In this document: positions 14,867 to 27,990 of the stretch, piece by piece
How the letters are laid out: each line of letters begins with the position of its first letter
Position numbering within the stretch: the stretch's first letter is position 1
DNA from: the human T2T-CHM13v2.0 reference genome, Homo sapiens
NCBI RefSeq assembly: GCF_009914755.1
Contig: NC_060928.1
Length of the DNA stretch: 64,000 nucleotides
Strand: one strand, 5' to 3'
Position numbers and translations under genes: made by a program
Notes under the pieces: model-generated
Told to the model about the DNA's origin: nothing
Databases searched by the model: none
What the model saw: only the letters and a program-made list of their open reading frames with translations

Positions 14867-15189
14867 TGATTTCTTGTTTTCGTGGAGATTTAATGACCCA
14901 ATTTTTATATGTATGCCTTTATTTATCATTATTTTTCTCCCTCAAAATCGTTGTTTCTCCATCATAACATCCATTCTGTCCCACCCCCTGCTGCCCAGAA
15001 GCCTCCCCGCATCCCCTGGTGTCTGTTCCAGTGTGGACTGGTTGTCCCCAGGTCTGCTCCACTATTCCCGACCTTCCCTTCCCTCCACACAGAGCTGGAT
15101 CTACAGACTCATAGTGCCTGTGTTTCCCTTTCTTTGTTTTGCCACCTGCTCCTGCTGGAGCACATCCTCAAGTAACTTCCTAGCAACAA

Positions 15190-16000
<811 letters not shown>

Positions 16001-17098
16001 CTTAATGTGCTGGGACTTGTTTCAAGAGCCCCTGCTTCCCCTGAGGTCCATGCTGCCGTTTCAGGCTGTTGGAGGGATGCTGGGCAGGGGCAGGCGGGAG
16101 CAACCTCTGCTCTTGTCTGAGTAGCTCTTCTTTCCCCTGGGGTAGGACAAGGTGTCACCTGGAAGCTCCGCTTTGAGGGAATGGCAAAGCGGCCACCTCT
16201 CCCGCTTGGTGTCCCAGGAGCTGGAAGGAGACAGGCCTTTGGGGGGCCTGCTGGTATCCACAGGCAGTTCATTTGAGTTGCTTGGAGAATAATCTAATTT
16301 ACTTCCTGGGGTATAAGCTTCCTGTCTTCACTCCAAGTGAGGAATTGGGGGTGAGGGGCAGTTGTCCCCTCCAGCCCCTCCTCTCACACCTGCCTTTGGC
16401 TGTCCCTGGGCTCTGAGTCCGGAGCCCACCCTGCTTCACCCCTGCGGCCACTCGTGGAGACGCCAGGCTGTGGGTTTCTCTTCCGTTCACCGAGAGTCCA
16501 CTCCCATTCCTTTCCATGGTCCAGAAACTGGTTGGCGTCTCTCACTGCTTGGCAGCCTGTATCCCTCCCAAGCTCCTTCCTGGCATGAACCAGTTCTCAC
16601 TTGTTCTTCTGTGGGGTCTCAGGAGGGGTGGGAGATGGGCACAGAGCCTGGTAATTCCACTGGGGTTTGGATAAGCCAGGAAGGGATACGATGAGACAGG
16701 CATTTTAGGGGGGCCTTTGGAGGCCGCTCAGAGGATGGGCTGGATAGGGGAGGCGCTCACAGTAAGGAGGGCAGGTAGGAGGTCACCACCGGCCCCAGGG
16801 CAGTGAGGATGAGGCTGACTGCGGCTTGAGAGGGCTGTCCCACGTGACACAGTGGAGGGGTGGACTGTGGCTTATTCATCTCCACTGAGGCAAGGCTGGG
16901 CATAGGACAGGCTGTGAGGACAGTGAGCGGAAAGGAGACAGGAAGGTGGGGCGTTTCTGGTGGGGTGAGGGTGGCACTCCTGCAGACCCTCAGTGGCTGC
17001 TACAGCAGAGAGCCGGGGAGGTGAGGTGGCCTGCTCCCTCGCCACCCACGGAGGAGTGGGCCCTGCTCATCCCTGGCTTTGCCCGTCCACTGGTGTGA

Positions 17099-17467
<369 letters not shown>

Positions 17468-17744
17468 AGGTTTAAACTGGACAGCTTCCCGGGGCCAGCC
17501 TACAAGCGGCGCCCACAGGGCCGGAGAGGCCATGAGATGATAAGATGCAACCTCTGCGTTTGTCAAAGAGAGCTCCGGGTGGGGTTGGAGAGGGACCTGG
17601 GTGAGCTGCTTGGCCTGGAGGTCAGGTCTTCCCTGGGGGAGGCCAGGGAGCTCTGCATGGCCTTGACCCCCTGCAAAGAGGGTAGGGGCGGCGTGGGGCT
17701 TTAGTTCTGCCCCGTGCAGTGGGCAAATTGGGCCCATGCTTGGG

Positions 17745-18195
17745 GTTATGGGGGAACTGTGTTATCCCAAAATTCATATTGAAGTCCCAACCCCAGGACC
17801 TCAGAGTGGGCCCTTATTTGGAAATAAGGTCGTTGGAGATGTCATGAGTTAAGATGAGGTCATGCTGGGATAGGGAAGCCCCTAATTCAATCTGGCTGAT
17901 GTCCTTATAAAGGGGGAGATTTGGACACAGGCACGGAGGGAGAGTGCCGTGGGAGGAAGAAGGCAGGGGTCGGGGTGTCACTTCCTCAAGCCAAGGAGCG
18001 GCCGCGGCTGCTGGCGCCACCAGGAGCTGGGTAGAGGATGGGACCATTCTTCCCTCGCAGCCTCGAGGGGAGCCAGACCTGCCCACACCCTGACCCGGAC
18101 TCCCGGCCTCCAGAGCTGGGAGAGGAGATCTTTCTGTTTCTGTTGTTTAGGCCCCAGTCTGTGGCACTCTTTATGGCAGCCCTGGGGATCTCATA
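17745..18195 (+). mobile_element. MaLR LTR (MLT1B/C-like)
   Basis: cccaaaattcatattgaagtccca..., ttatttggaaataaggtc, gttaagatgaggtcat, gtccttataaaggg, tttctgttgtttaggccc. Confidence 0.85.
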
Positions 18196-19146
18196 TGTTC
18201 GGGGTACAGAGAGGAGGCTTGGCTGCCTGGGGCTCCCTCTCTCCACCTGGCCCCACCAACAGCTGCAGTTCTGGGTCCAGCACAGCCTCATGCTCCCACC
18301 CTGGAGGCCTGACACCGAGGGTCGGGGGAATGAGGCCAGTCCTGACCTGGCCTGTGGCAGGTGCAGCTGTCCCGGGGCTGCGATGTGAGGTCCCAGGGAC
18401 ATGAGGCGAGGGCGTGGCCTGCAGCTGGCAGAGGCCCCTCCACAGCGCAGAGCTGAGATGACCTCGTCCAGCGCCACAAGGCCTTGGCGCCATCCCACCG
18501 GGCTGAGGTGCGTGGGCAGCACTCACCATGCTCCCCCTGAAACCACAGTCACAGACCAACTGTGGTGGCCCAGCTGCCTGGCCTCCTCCAGGGAGTCTTT
18601 GGGATTCCCTGGGCGGGGTGAGGCACCCCTGGGACTCCCATGGGCCTCTGTGGCCCTCTAGTCCCCGCCAGCTTGTCAGTTTCCCGTTAGTTGAGGATTC
18701 CCCTCTGGGAGCCACCTGTACCCCAGACCTGGGCACAGGTGGGCTCTGCAGGATCCCTGGATCCCAGGCTCCCTCAAGCTTCAGCAAAGAGACCTCCCTC
18801 CCTCAGCCTGGTCCTTGGGCCCTCCAGGACCTGGGGGAGTGGCCAGTCCCCAGTAGGGAGAGGAGGAGAACACAGCTATCTGGGCGAATGTGACAGCGGT
18901 TTGCCAGCAAGCCCACCCTGCCCACAGCACCCCTGCCCCGCTTTGCTGGAAGAAGGTGTGGCCTGGGTGTGGGAGGAACCTCCACCCCCAGAAACCCAGC
19001 ACAGCAGCACTGCCAGACTGTGAAGGGCCCCACGCGCGTCCGGGGCCCTCTCCGTGAGAATCAGAGGTCACACAAGCCACAGCTGTAAACGCTCATCAAA
19101 GAGCACGATAGGCCACTCGACGAGTTCTGCCGCTAGTGACAGGGAG

Positions 19147-19320
19147 AGAGGCCAGTTCCGCCCCGATCAACCACGCTGGCCTACACCACTTCCGCCCTGA
19201 TCAACCACGCTGGCCGAGGCCAGTTCCGCCGCCGATCAACCATGCTGGCCGAGGCCAGTTCAGCTGCCGATTAACCATGCTGGCCGGGGCCAGTTCCGCT
19301 GCTGATTAACCATGCTGGCC
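19147..19320 (+). repeat. 34-35-bp minisatellite, 5 copies, with internal inverted ends
   Basis: Unit GAGGCCAGTTCCGCCGCCGATCAACCATGCTGGCC. Confidence 0.9.
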
Positions 19321-20064
19321 GTAATTTCATGACCTGTCACTTAGGATTTTTGTCCCTCAAAATGATCAAAGTGCCACGAACACGTGGGATGACAGCATCA
19401 TCTGCACCACCCCATGCCGTGGAGGAAGAGCTGGGTTTGGGCATCAGGAGGTCCAAGTCTCTGCTATCATCCCTGTGCTGGGGTGGTCACCCATCCCCCA
19501 GGGCCATGTCACCTCACTCAGGAAATTGAGGTGATCAATGACTTTAGCAGAAGCTGGTTTTAGAGCAAAGTCCTTTGCAGGGTCCTGAGGGATGAAGCAG
19601 GGGAGGAGGGAACAGCTCCTGTTCTGTGGCTGGAGGTCCCAGGAGCACCACACACCTGGGCTCCCAGCCACTTGGAGGACAGGCTGGAGGGGGAGGCACC
19701 CGGGGTGAGAAGGGCAGGTGAGGGGTGGCAGGCCACTAATGACCCCAGGGCAATCAGGATAAGGCTGACCATGGCTTAAGAGGTGCTGTCCCATGTGACA
19801 GTGTGGAGGGGTGGACTGTGGCTTATTCACTGGAGGCTTTGAGAAACAGCCAGCACATCCCTGATGTGAGGCCGGTGGGTCTCCCTCAGCCGCAGTGTCA
19901 CAGAGATCTCCCTGCTCTGCTGGCTAAGAGATTTCACTCCAGCCCACCTTGGAACTTGGCAAAAGGCCCAAGACAATGCCCAGATTCAGCTGTGTGGCAT
20001 CTCGATCTCACCCACTTGAGCGCTTCTCCACCCCAGCAGGCCCGCTGCCATCAAGGGCTTACCC

Positions 20065-21100
20065 TGTGGGCTGCCCACGCTGCTGTAACCAGTGACCACA
20101 AGCTCCGTGGTGTTGAGAAGCACATGTTTCTCCTCCCACGGCTGTGTAGGTCCGGAGTCCTACGGGCTCAGCCAGTCCCCCTGCTCCAGGTTTAACCAGG
20201 CCGGAATCAAGATGCCAGGGCCTGGCTGTGCTTTGGAGGCTCTTGGTGAGAACCTGCTTCTGGCCTGGTGCAGGGTGTGGCAGAATCCCGATGCTTGAGT
20301 TTGAATGGTGAAATTTATGCTCCAGCGTGGCTGGGCCATGGTACTCAGATATTTATTTAGTCAAACCATATTCTAAATGTTGCTGTGAAGGTAATTTTTT
20401 TTCTTAAAGATTAAGATTTAAATCAGGCCATCTGCTTCACCTGATTGGATGTGGGAGGGCCTCATCTGATCAGGTGAAGGCTTTCAGAGAAAAGGCCACA
20501 CTCCCTATGGAGGAAGAGAGGATTTCGGCAGCCGACGGACTCAGACTGGAGCTTCAGCACAACTCTTCCCAGCCTGCCAGCCTGCCGTGCGGATTTTGGA
20601 CTTGACAGCCCCTGCAACCACACACACACACAGACACACACACACACACACATACACATACACACACACACGACCTCTGGGTTCGGTTTATCTGGAGATA
20701 AACCGAATGATACACCATCCTGGGACCGAGGTCCCTATCCCTTGCTGATAGCCAGTGGGGCTGTCCCTAGCCCTGCAAGGCTCCCTGAATCCCCTATCAC
20801 ACTGTCCTTACATCTTCCAACCAGCAGTGGCAGGTGGAGTCTTTCCCACTCTTTGGATCTCTCTGACTTCTCCTACACTGCCCTGACTCCAGCCTGATGG
20901 AGTTCCCTGTTTCTAATGCCTTCTGTGCTTAGACCAGGCCTTCCCAGATAATCCAGGACAATCTCCCTGTCTTAACATCTCTGATTAGTAACTGTAATGA
21001 CATCTACAAAATCCTTCTTGCAAAATTACATTATATGCAATGTGACGTTCACAGGTACCAGGGTATGGATAAATCTGGGGGACCCAATTTGGCTGCCACA
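20065..21100 (-). mobile_element. MLT1-type MaLR LTR split by a nested MLT2 LTR
   Basis: gctgctgtaaccagtgaccacaagc at the start; cccagataatccaggacaatctccc...ttcacaggtaccaggg at the end. Confidence 0.65.
20300..20714 (+). mobile_element. MLT2 (ERVL) LTR with internal (CA)n
   Basis: tggctgggccatggtactcagatattt, gttgctgtgaaggta, gatgtgggagggcctcatc, ttttggacttg, (CA)n, terminal ...gataca. Confidence 0.8.
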
Positions 21101-22369
21101 TTTGCCCTTGGTGAGCTTTATCCCCTTCCTCCCCCTTCACACCCCCAGAGCTCTCAGCTCCTCCAGTGCATCTAAACCTGCTCTGGGGCCCCTCATCCCA
21201 CCAAGATGTCAATAGCAGAAAATAAGCCCCTAGTGGGACTACCTTCTATCAGGCATCAGAGGCAGGCTTGGAGGGACTCATTCTCTGTGGTGGGACCTCA
21301 GGCAGGAGACGCTGGGTCACGGAGCACTGTGTGGATGTGCTCCACACCAGGCTGTGGCACAGGATGCTGCCAGTCCCCAGTGGTGAGGACCCTGCACCAT
21401 CATGTTCAGCAGAAGACCAGCCATGCAGGCCCTGTAGTCACCACATTCATTTATTTTCCCCCTTCAGTCACCCTGTGTCAGTTAGCTACTGCTGCGTAAC
21501 AAACAGCCCCAATTTAGCAATTTACAATAACCATTTGTTTAGCTCATTCAAGAGTGAAGGGCTGAGGCCATTTTTGTGATCCACTGTGTTCCTCAAGCCC
21601 TAGACCCACCCAGCTCAGCAGCCAAGGAGGCAGAACCTTACAAGTTGCAGAGTCTTACAAGTTGTGGCAGTGTTAGGATTAGTCTTCAGCTGCCTGGTGT
21701 TTGAGGCCATCCAAGCCTGGCTCCACTCCACTGCCACCTTCCCCCATCCAACTCCCCACCAAGGTGACATCTCATGGCTGTGCCAGACCACGTTCAAGCT
21801 ACACCCTGCAGCACTGCCCTGGCCACAAGCAAAAGCCTCGCGCCCCTTCTGCTGGCCAGCCCATCCTGCAAGGCAGACTGGGAGCCTTCTCTGGGTGACC
21901 GTGGGCAAATCAATCAGCCTCTCTGAGGCTTGGTTTTGTCAACTGCAAAATCGAGGTGCTGATATGATGTGCCTCCCAGGACCATGTGCAGATAAGTGAT
22001 GGGAGGGTGACCATATGCATTGCATAGCCTGCCCCAAAGGCACAGCCTCATTCTGGCAGGTTCTGGGGGCTGCTCCTCTGGTCAGCTTGCCCTGGGCCTG
22101 CAGAATCTTGACTTGAGCCCCCAGGGGTGGGGTGCGGGTGGGCTTCAGGTGGTGGGCCTGCCCCTGCAATGTTGGAGGGGCTCTTGAACCAAGAATGGTG
22201 TGATGCTTAGGTCACCTCTTGTTTGGGGCTGGAAACAGGTCCTGCTGTGGCCTGAGCTGCGGTGCAGGGACTCTCTCTGAGGGGTTTCAGCTTGCCCCTC
22301 CTCGTGTTTGGGCTCCCCATCATCACCCTGGCTCACACGGTACAAAACTCCTCTGGAAGCCTGTGCAGG

Positions 22370-22480
22370 TCGGGGGACCCAGGTTGCAAGTGACAGAAAC
22401 AAAACCAAACTGGCTGAAACAAAAAAGTGACTTTATTGGCTTATGTGATGGAAAAGCCTGGAGGTTAATCCCGGGCTCTG
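22370..22480 (-). mobile_element. Old MLT1 (J/K/L-like) LTR fragment
   Basis: ggttgcaagtgacagaaac...aaactggct...tttattggcttatgt motif. Confidence 0.55.
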
Positions 22481-22865
22481 GGCGTGGTGGAATCCAGGAG
22501 CCGAACCCCGTTCTTGGGATGGAGTCTCCTCTTCTTGCAGTTCTGCTTTAGTCTGAGGGAGGCTTGTGCTTTCCGGTGGTAAGAACAGCCCGGCTCCTGC
22601 CCTCTAGGGTGAGGAGAAATGCCTTCTTTTCGGGAGTTCTGGATAAAGCCCCGCATGGAAGCTCCCCGAGTTGCCTGGGGCCGTGCACCAACCCTAGACC
22701 CCTCTGGCCTAGGGGATGGTCTGCTGTGAGTGCCGCTCCTGATGCGGCTGCCTTAAGAGCTGGGGAGGGATCTGTTCCTTGCAAGGCAAGGGACAGTGAG
22801 TGGGAAGAGGGTGGGCTCCCAAGGGGCTCTCTCCAAAAAGGTGAGGGTGCCGGGCAGGTGCCTGG

Positions 22866-23042
22866 GGCAGAGTCCAGGCAGGAGCAGAGGGCACACACCA
22901 GCAGAGCGAGTTGAGTCCAGGCGGGAGCAGAGGGCGCACACCAGCAGAGCGAGTCGAGTTCAGGTGGGAGCAGAGGGCGCCCACCAGCAGAGCGAGTCGA
23001 GTCCAGGCGGGAGCAGAGGGCGCACACCAGCAGAGTGAGCCC
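22866..23042 (+). repeat. 43-bp minisatellite, 4 copies
   Basis: Unit GAGTCCAGGCGGGAGCAGAGGGCGCACACCAGCAGAGCGAGTC starting at 22870, 22913, 22956 and 22999. Confidence 0.92.
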
Positions 23043-23464
23043 AGAGGGTTTAAAGAAGGGGCCGTCTCTACGGTATGGGTAGAGTCAGGGGAACTAGGAA
23101 AGGACAGAGCAGAACCTGGGGTAGGTAGCCGGGGAGCCAGGGCTGACCCACGCCTGAGGACAGGAGGGACGCAGGCAGACCCCAGAGGAGGGCCCGGGCC
23201 GCCCAGCAGTCCATGGCAGGGAGACGCAGGCGCTCCTGCCCAGGACCGGGAGAAGGGGTCTGGGGATAAAACCCCGATCTCTCTCGCCCCACCCCATTAT
23301 TTTCTGTGAGCTTCCTCTTAGCCATACACGATGAGCAGCTGGTGGGCAGGGGCGCCCCTTGACACAGCCATACGGGATACGGGTAAGGCTGGGTGGGGGT
23401 GTCTGGGGGGCACACAGAGAATAACCAGCACACAGCCAAACCCGTGCTCTCTAACCCGTCAACA

Positions 23465-24900
23465 GAAACTTAACAATAAGTGTTCATAACCTATACGAAG
23501 GCAATCATAAAACACTCCTGAAGACACAAAAAAAACCCGAAATAGAACAGTTAGGATGTTCCAGCATCACCGAGATGTCAGCTCTCCCTAATTTAGGGTA
23601 TAAATTTAATGCGATTCTAATAACAACCCCATGCGTTTCTCTTTCAAAGAGAGCTAGAACTGATACTAACGTTCACATGGAAAAATAAACAAGCCTTGCC
23701 AGGGAAGGGCGGGGTGAACGGGGCCAGCCCTATCAGACGCTAAAGCACGCAGTGGGGCCTCTTTAATGAGAACAGTGCCTAATGACACAAAAATACACAG
23801 GGCCGTGGGAGAGGAGGGACAGAGACAGGCCCCCCGCTGACGCCGTGTGTGAGGAGGGGGCGCTCCAGTCACTAGAACGGTCTTGGTATTTCACATAAAA
23901 TGGTACTGGGACAAGTGGAAAACCATTTGCAAAAAAGATAAAATTAGATCCATTTCTCACACCATGCCCAAGAATAAACTCCAAGTAGATGGGAGTCCTA
24001 AATGCAAAAAACTGAAATATACAAATGCTAGAAGCAAACATTTGTGAATTCCTCTATAAGAGCAATGAAGAAGGGCTTTCTGTGACTACAAATCCAGGTG
24101 TAATCAAAGAAAATATTCATACAATTGCCAATGAAAGCAGCTTATGCAAGGAAAAAACTAAGCAAAACGAAACGACAAATGAACCAGGAGAAAATATTTG
24201 GAACTCGCTTCCTAGAGAAAAGGCTCATGTCTCATGTCTCTACTACACAAAGAACTTTTCAAAGTTAAGAAGCACAAATGCAAAGTGTAAGAGCTGCTCT
24301 GCTCTAATCCCACGACCTTCCCCACAGCGTCGCCGGCAGGGTGTGTCCTCAGACGTTTGATTTTTGCCAATGTGATGGCAGAGAAGTGTTTCCTTGGTGT
24401 GGCTTCAATTTGCATTTCTCTTCTGTGAGGAAGTTGAACACCTTTTCAGGCAGCTAAGGGCCGTTTTTACATCCCTGCTTGGGAACTGTGTGTTCACGCA
24501 GTTTGCTGATTTTTTCTATAAGACTTCTAGAAGATATTGATAAGTGAAAGAAAGCACCACGCCAAACAACACAGTAGTACGCTGCCTGTTGCACGGAGTG
24601 TAGATACGACTGCCTGTCTTTACAAGCAGCAGCACAGGAAGAATAAACAAGACAACAATTAGATTAGCTTCCTGCAGGGAGTGGGGGAGGGGCGGGGAGG
24701 GATTCTCCAGGGAGGCAGCCCAGCACACCTTTTCTGCACTTCTGACTTGCAGAAGCATATTCGTGTTCTACCTATTAAATCAGGAGGTATGAGAAAGGGA
24801 AAAATAAAATGGACAGAAAACGGGAAAAATGGGCAAATTACATCTCAAATGAAGAACACAGCCACAGTGGAAACCAAAAAGAAATGAAGAACTAATCCAA
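23465..24900 (+). mobile_element. Old L1M (ORF2 3' end/UTR) remnant with an inverted internal segment
   Basis: A-rich L1 motifs (aaatggtactgggacaagtgg, ccatttctcacaccat, ataaactccaagtagat); ~24290-24520 reads as antisense L1 (tttttgccaat, aatttgcatttctc). Confidence 0.75.
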
Positions 24901-25160
24901 GAAGCCATGAACACGGTGTCTGTCCGGCAGCCTCAGGCAAGGTCAGAAGGTAAGCGGGGAGTGCGAACGGGCCCAGGGCAGCTTCTCTGGTGCATGAGTT
25001 TTACTCTTGTAGTGGAATGAACATGGCCACACTAAAGGCATCACAGGCGCTGGCACAGCCGTGCACACCAGGTCACACATCCACGTCACTGGAAGAAGAG
25101 ACAGACCATCAGGAACGTGGAGGGCCAGGAAGAACCCCTCAGGCAGGGACTGCACGTCAG

Positions 25161-25773
25161 CGTGAGTCATGCTCTCAGAAACACGCATGCGTGAGTCATG
25201 CTCTCAGAAACACGCATGCGTGAGTCATGCTCTCAGAAACACGCATGCGTGAGTCATGCTCTCAGAAACACGCATGCGTGAGTCATGCTCTCAGAAACAC
25301 GCATGCGTGAGTCATGCTCTCAGAAACACGCATGCGTGAGTCATGCTCTCAGAAACACGCATGCGTGAGTCATGCTCTCAGAAACACGCATGCGTGAGTC
25401 ATGCTCTCAGAAACACGCATGCGTGAGTCATGCTCTCAGAAACACGCATGCGTGAGTCATGCTCTCAGAAACACGCATGCGTGAGTCATGCTCTCAGAAA
25501 CACGCATGCGTGAGTCATGCTCTCAGAAACACGCATGCGTGAGTCATGCTCTCAGAAACACGCATGCGTGAGTCATGCTCTCAGAAACACGCATGCGTGA
25601 GTCATGCTCTCAGAAACACGCATGCGTGAGTCATGCTCTCAGAAACACGCATGCGTGAGTCATGCTCTCAGAAACACGCATGCGTGAGTCATGCTCTCAG
25701 AAACACGCATGCGTGAGTCATGCTCTCAGAAACACGCATGCGTGAGTCATGCTCTCAGAAACACGCATGCGTG
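25161..25773 (+). repeat. Perfect 29-bp VNTR, 21 copies, each with an AP-1 site
   Basis: Unit CGTGAGTCATGCTCTCAGAAACACGCATG; first copy at 25161, last at 25741 (580 = 20 x 29); no variant unit seen. Confidence 0.98.
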
Positions 25774-25817
25774 CGTGAGCACGTGCAGACGCGTGTCCTC
25801 GTGTGCCTGTCTTTATG

Positions 25818-25820
<3 letters not shown>

Positions 25821-25850
<30 letters not shown>
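25821..25850 (+). repeat. (GT)n microsatellite
   Basis: About 14 GT units read directly. Confidence 0.9.
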
Positions 25851-25851
<1 letters not shown>

Positions 25852-25859
25852 TCTGGGTG

Positions 25860-27440
25860 ATGTGCCTGTGTGCATCTCTTAGGTCTGTCGGCTGAAAGGC
25901 CTAAAACCCTTCTATCTTTGACACTGGCACCCAGACCTTGCCACTGGCTCCCAGACCTTGGTTGCTAATATATTACCCATTATATACCCAGACCTTGGTT
26001 GCTAATATATTACCCATTATATTACCAGGGCTCCTCAGAGAAGTGGCTGATTTTAGGGCTGGTGCAAGAAAAGTACAAAAATAGCCTGGAACATCATGTT
26101 ATGCCAGAAAGTAACGAGGCACACACACAGGCAAACAAAGGTGGCATGTCACAGACTCCAGAGCCAGCACGGAGGGGCGCCTTCTGACCAAATTTGGAAC
26201 CATTTGAGCACCAAAATATGGAAGTACAGCAATGAATCACAAATCCTTGAAAAAAAAATGGGGATCCAAAAGAACATACTATAGTAGCTGACGGATGATT
26301 GATGGCCAGAGAGATAGAGATGATTGATAGGTCGATGATGTGTAGAAGATAGACAGGTAGGTACATGATAGGTAGATAGACAGATGATAGATATGTGACA
26401 GGTAGGTAGCTAGGTAGGTAGATGGATTACACAGATAGCTGATTGATAGACGACAGATTGAGAAATAGATGGATAGATAGATAGGTAGGTGACTGATGGA
26501 TGATAGGTGAGATGGAAGGGCTGTTGTTTCAGCGGAAGGCCAGCTGCTGACTGGTGAATGTCGGGGAAGTGCCGGGTTCCAAAGCTGACGTTCTGGCCGG
26601 CGTCGTTCACGGGACATTCCTCCAGGGGGAGCTCTGGTGAGGAGCAGACCGTGTCCATGCTGGTAAAGCGTCCCCCGCCCCGACCCCCGAGAGTGCCCCT
26701 GAGCTGGAAGGAAACACTGAGCGGTTGTCCAGCAGATCACTCCGCAGCTCCTCCATCAGAAACATCACCAGCATCAGAAACAACACCAGCAGTGAGAGGC
26801 GAATGGACATCCTGTGCCCAAGAAAGACACACACTCTTTCTTGTGGCGCTGAAGCCAAAAATGTGCAGGCTCCGTCCAGTCCCAGGAACTGCCAGACGAC
26901 CCCAAATGAGGACCCATCTATTAAAAAAAAGCCCCGTGTTCTTCCCAAATGTCAGCAGTGTACATGACCAAAACCATGGAAATGTTCCAGATGAAAGAGA
27001 ACCACAGAGACAAGACGCATCAATGCAACACCTGACCCCAGAGTGGCCCTGTGCTGGAGGACAAGAGCCGTGAAGGACATTCTGGGGTCAGCTGGGAACA
27101 CGGGAACACAGCTGGGAGAGAGGACTGTGTTAGGATGCGGCTGTGATGGCAAGCTCGTATCCTAACACAGTTAGGGATGATGTGGGAAGAGCTGTCTGTC
27201 TCTAGGGTCTCTTTAAAGGCAAGGAGGTGTGATACATGCTTGCAACTTAATACCGAATGGTTCAGAAAAGTCACCCGCAGCGCACCAGCAAGCAAGCCAA
27301 TGAGAAAATAAATGGGGCAGGCTGGGCGCAGTCATTAAGCCCAGGTGAAAGGTCTATGCTGTTCTTGTACTATTTTTATTTTTGTAGTTTTTCTGTTGTT
27401 TGAAATTATGTCCAAACAAAATGTTGAAAAAAACAACACA
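25860..27440 (+). mobile_element. L1MC-like 3'UTR remnant with degenerate (GATA)n at ~26290-26515
   Basis: ccagggctcctcagagaagtggctgatt, cctggaacatcatgttatgccagaaagt, gttcttgtactatt...tttgaaattat..aaacaaaatgtt end motifs. Confidence 0.65.
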
Positions 27441-27864
27441 ACGAAAACCCTGCTCTCCACCAAAGTGTCTAAGTGAGGCACACAGACATCGCATGCAAGC
27501 AAATCGCTGCTGTTTGCAAAAATCTTGCAAAGCGGCCAACTCATGCCCCCTACCTAGTTACCCCTCCAGGAACCCTTGAGATAAATGATGCAAGAACACC
27601 CCACCATCATAATAATAAAGCTTGTACAGTAATAACAATTATAATCTGCTGTAATAACGAACCCCCGTGTGTGCACACCACTTCACAGTTTATAAAGCAT
27701 TTACCAGACTCCATCAGATCGTCACGGCAGCGAAGTGAAATGTGTGCTCTATAAATGATGCCTCAATAAAGTTGTCAAGTTTTTAAAGGGGAGTCTTGAT
27801 ACCTGTTTTGCCGGGCTGTGGTGAGGATGAAGTGAAATCAGAAAAGGACAAAGCTTTGGGAATT

Positions 27865-27990
27865 CTGAAGCAGCTTCTCAAACGGTGGTCTCTCGGCCCA
27901 CCTGGATGGCAGTCCCCCAGGGAGCCTGTTGCTGTGCAGATTCCTGGGGGCTGTCCCCAAAGCTCCAGAGAGTCTGGGACCCTCCCTTGT
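27865..27990. mobile_element. MER5-like hAT fragment
   Basis: cagcttctcaaacggtggtc...tgcagattcctggg motif. Confidence 0.45.

Noticed and set aside
19147-25773. CRISPR-like appearance of the 29-, 35- and 43-bp repeats
   Set aside because: Head-to-tail units without unique spacers, no cas genes, and a mammalian context.
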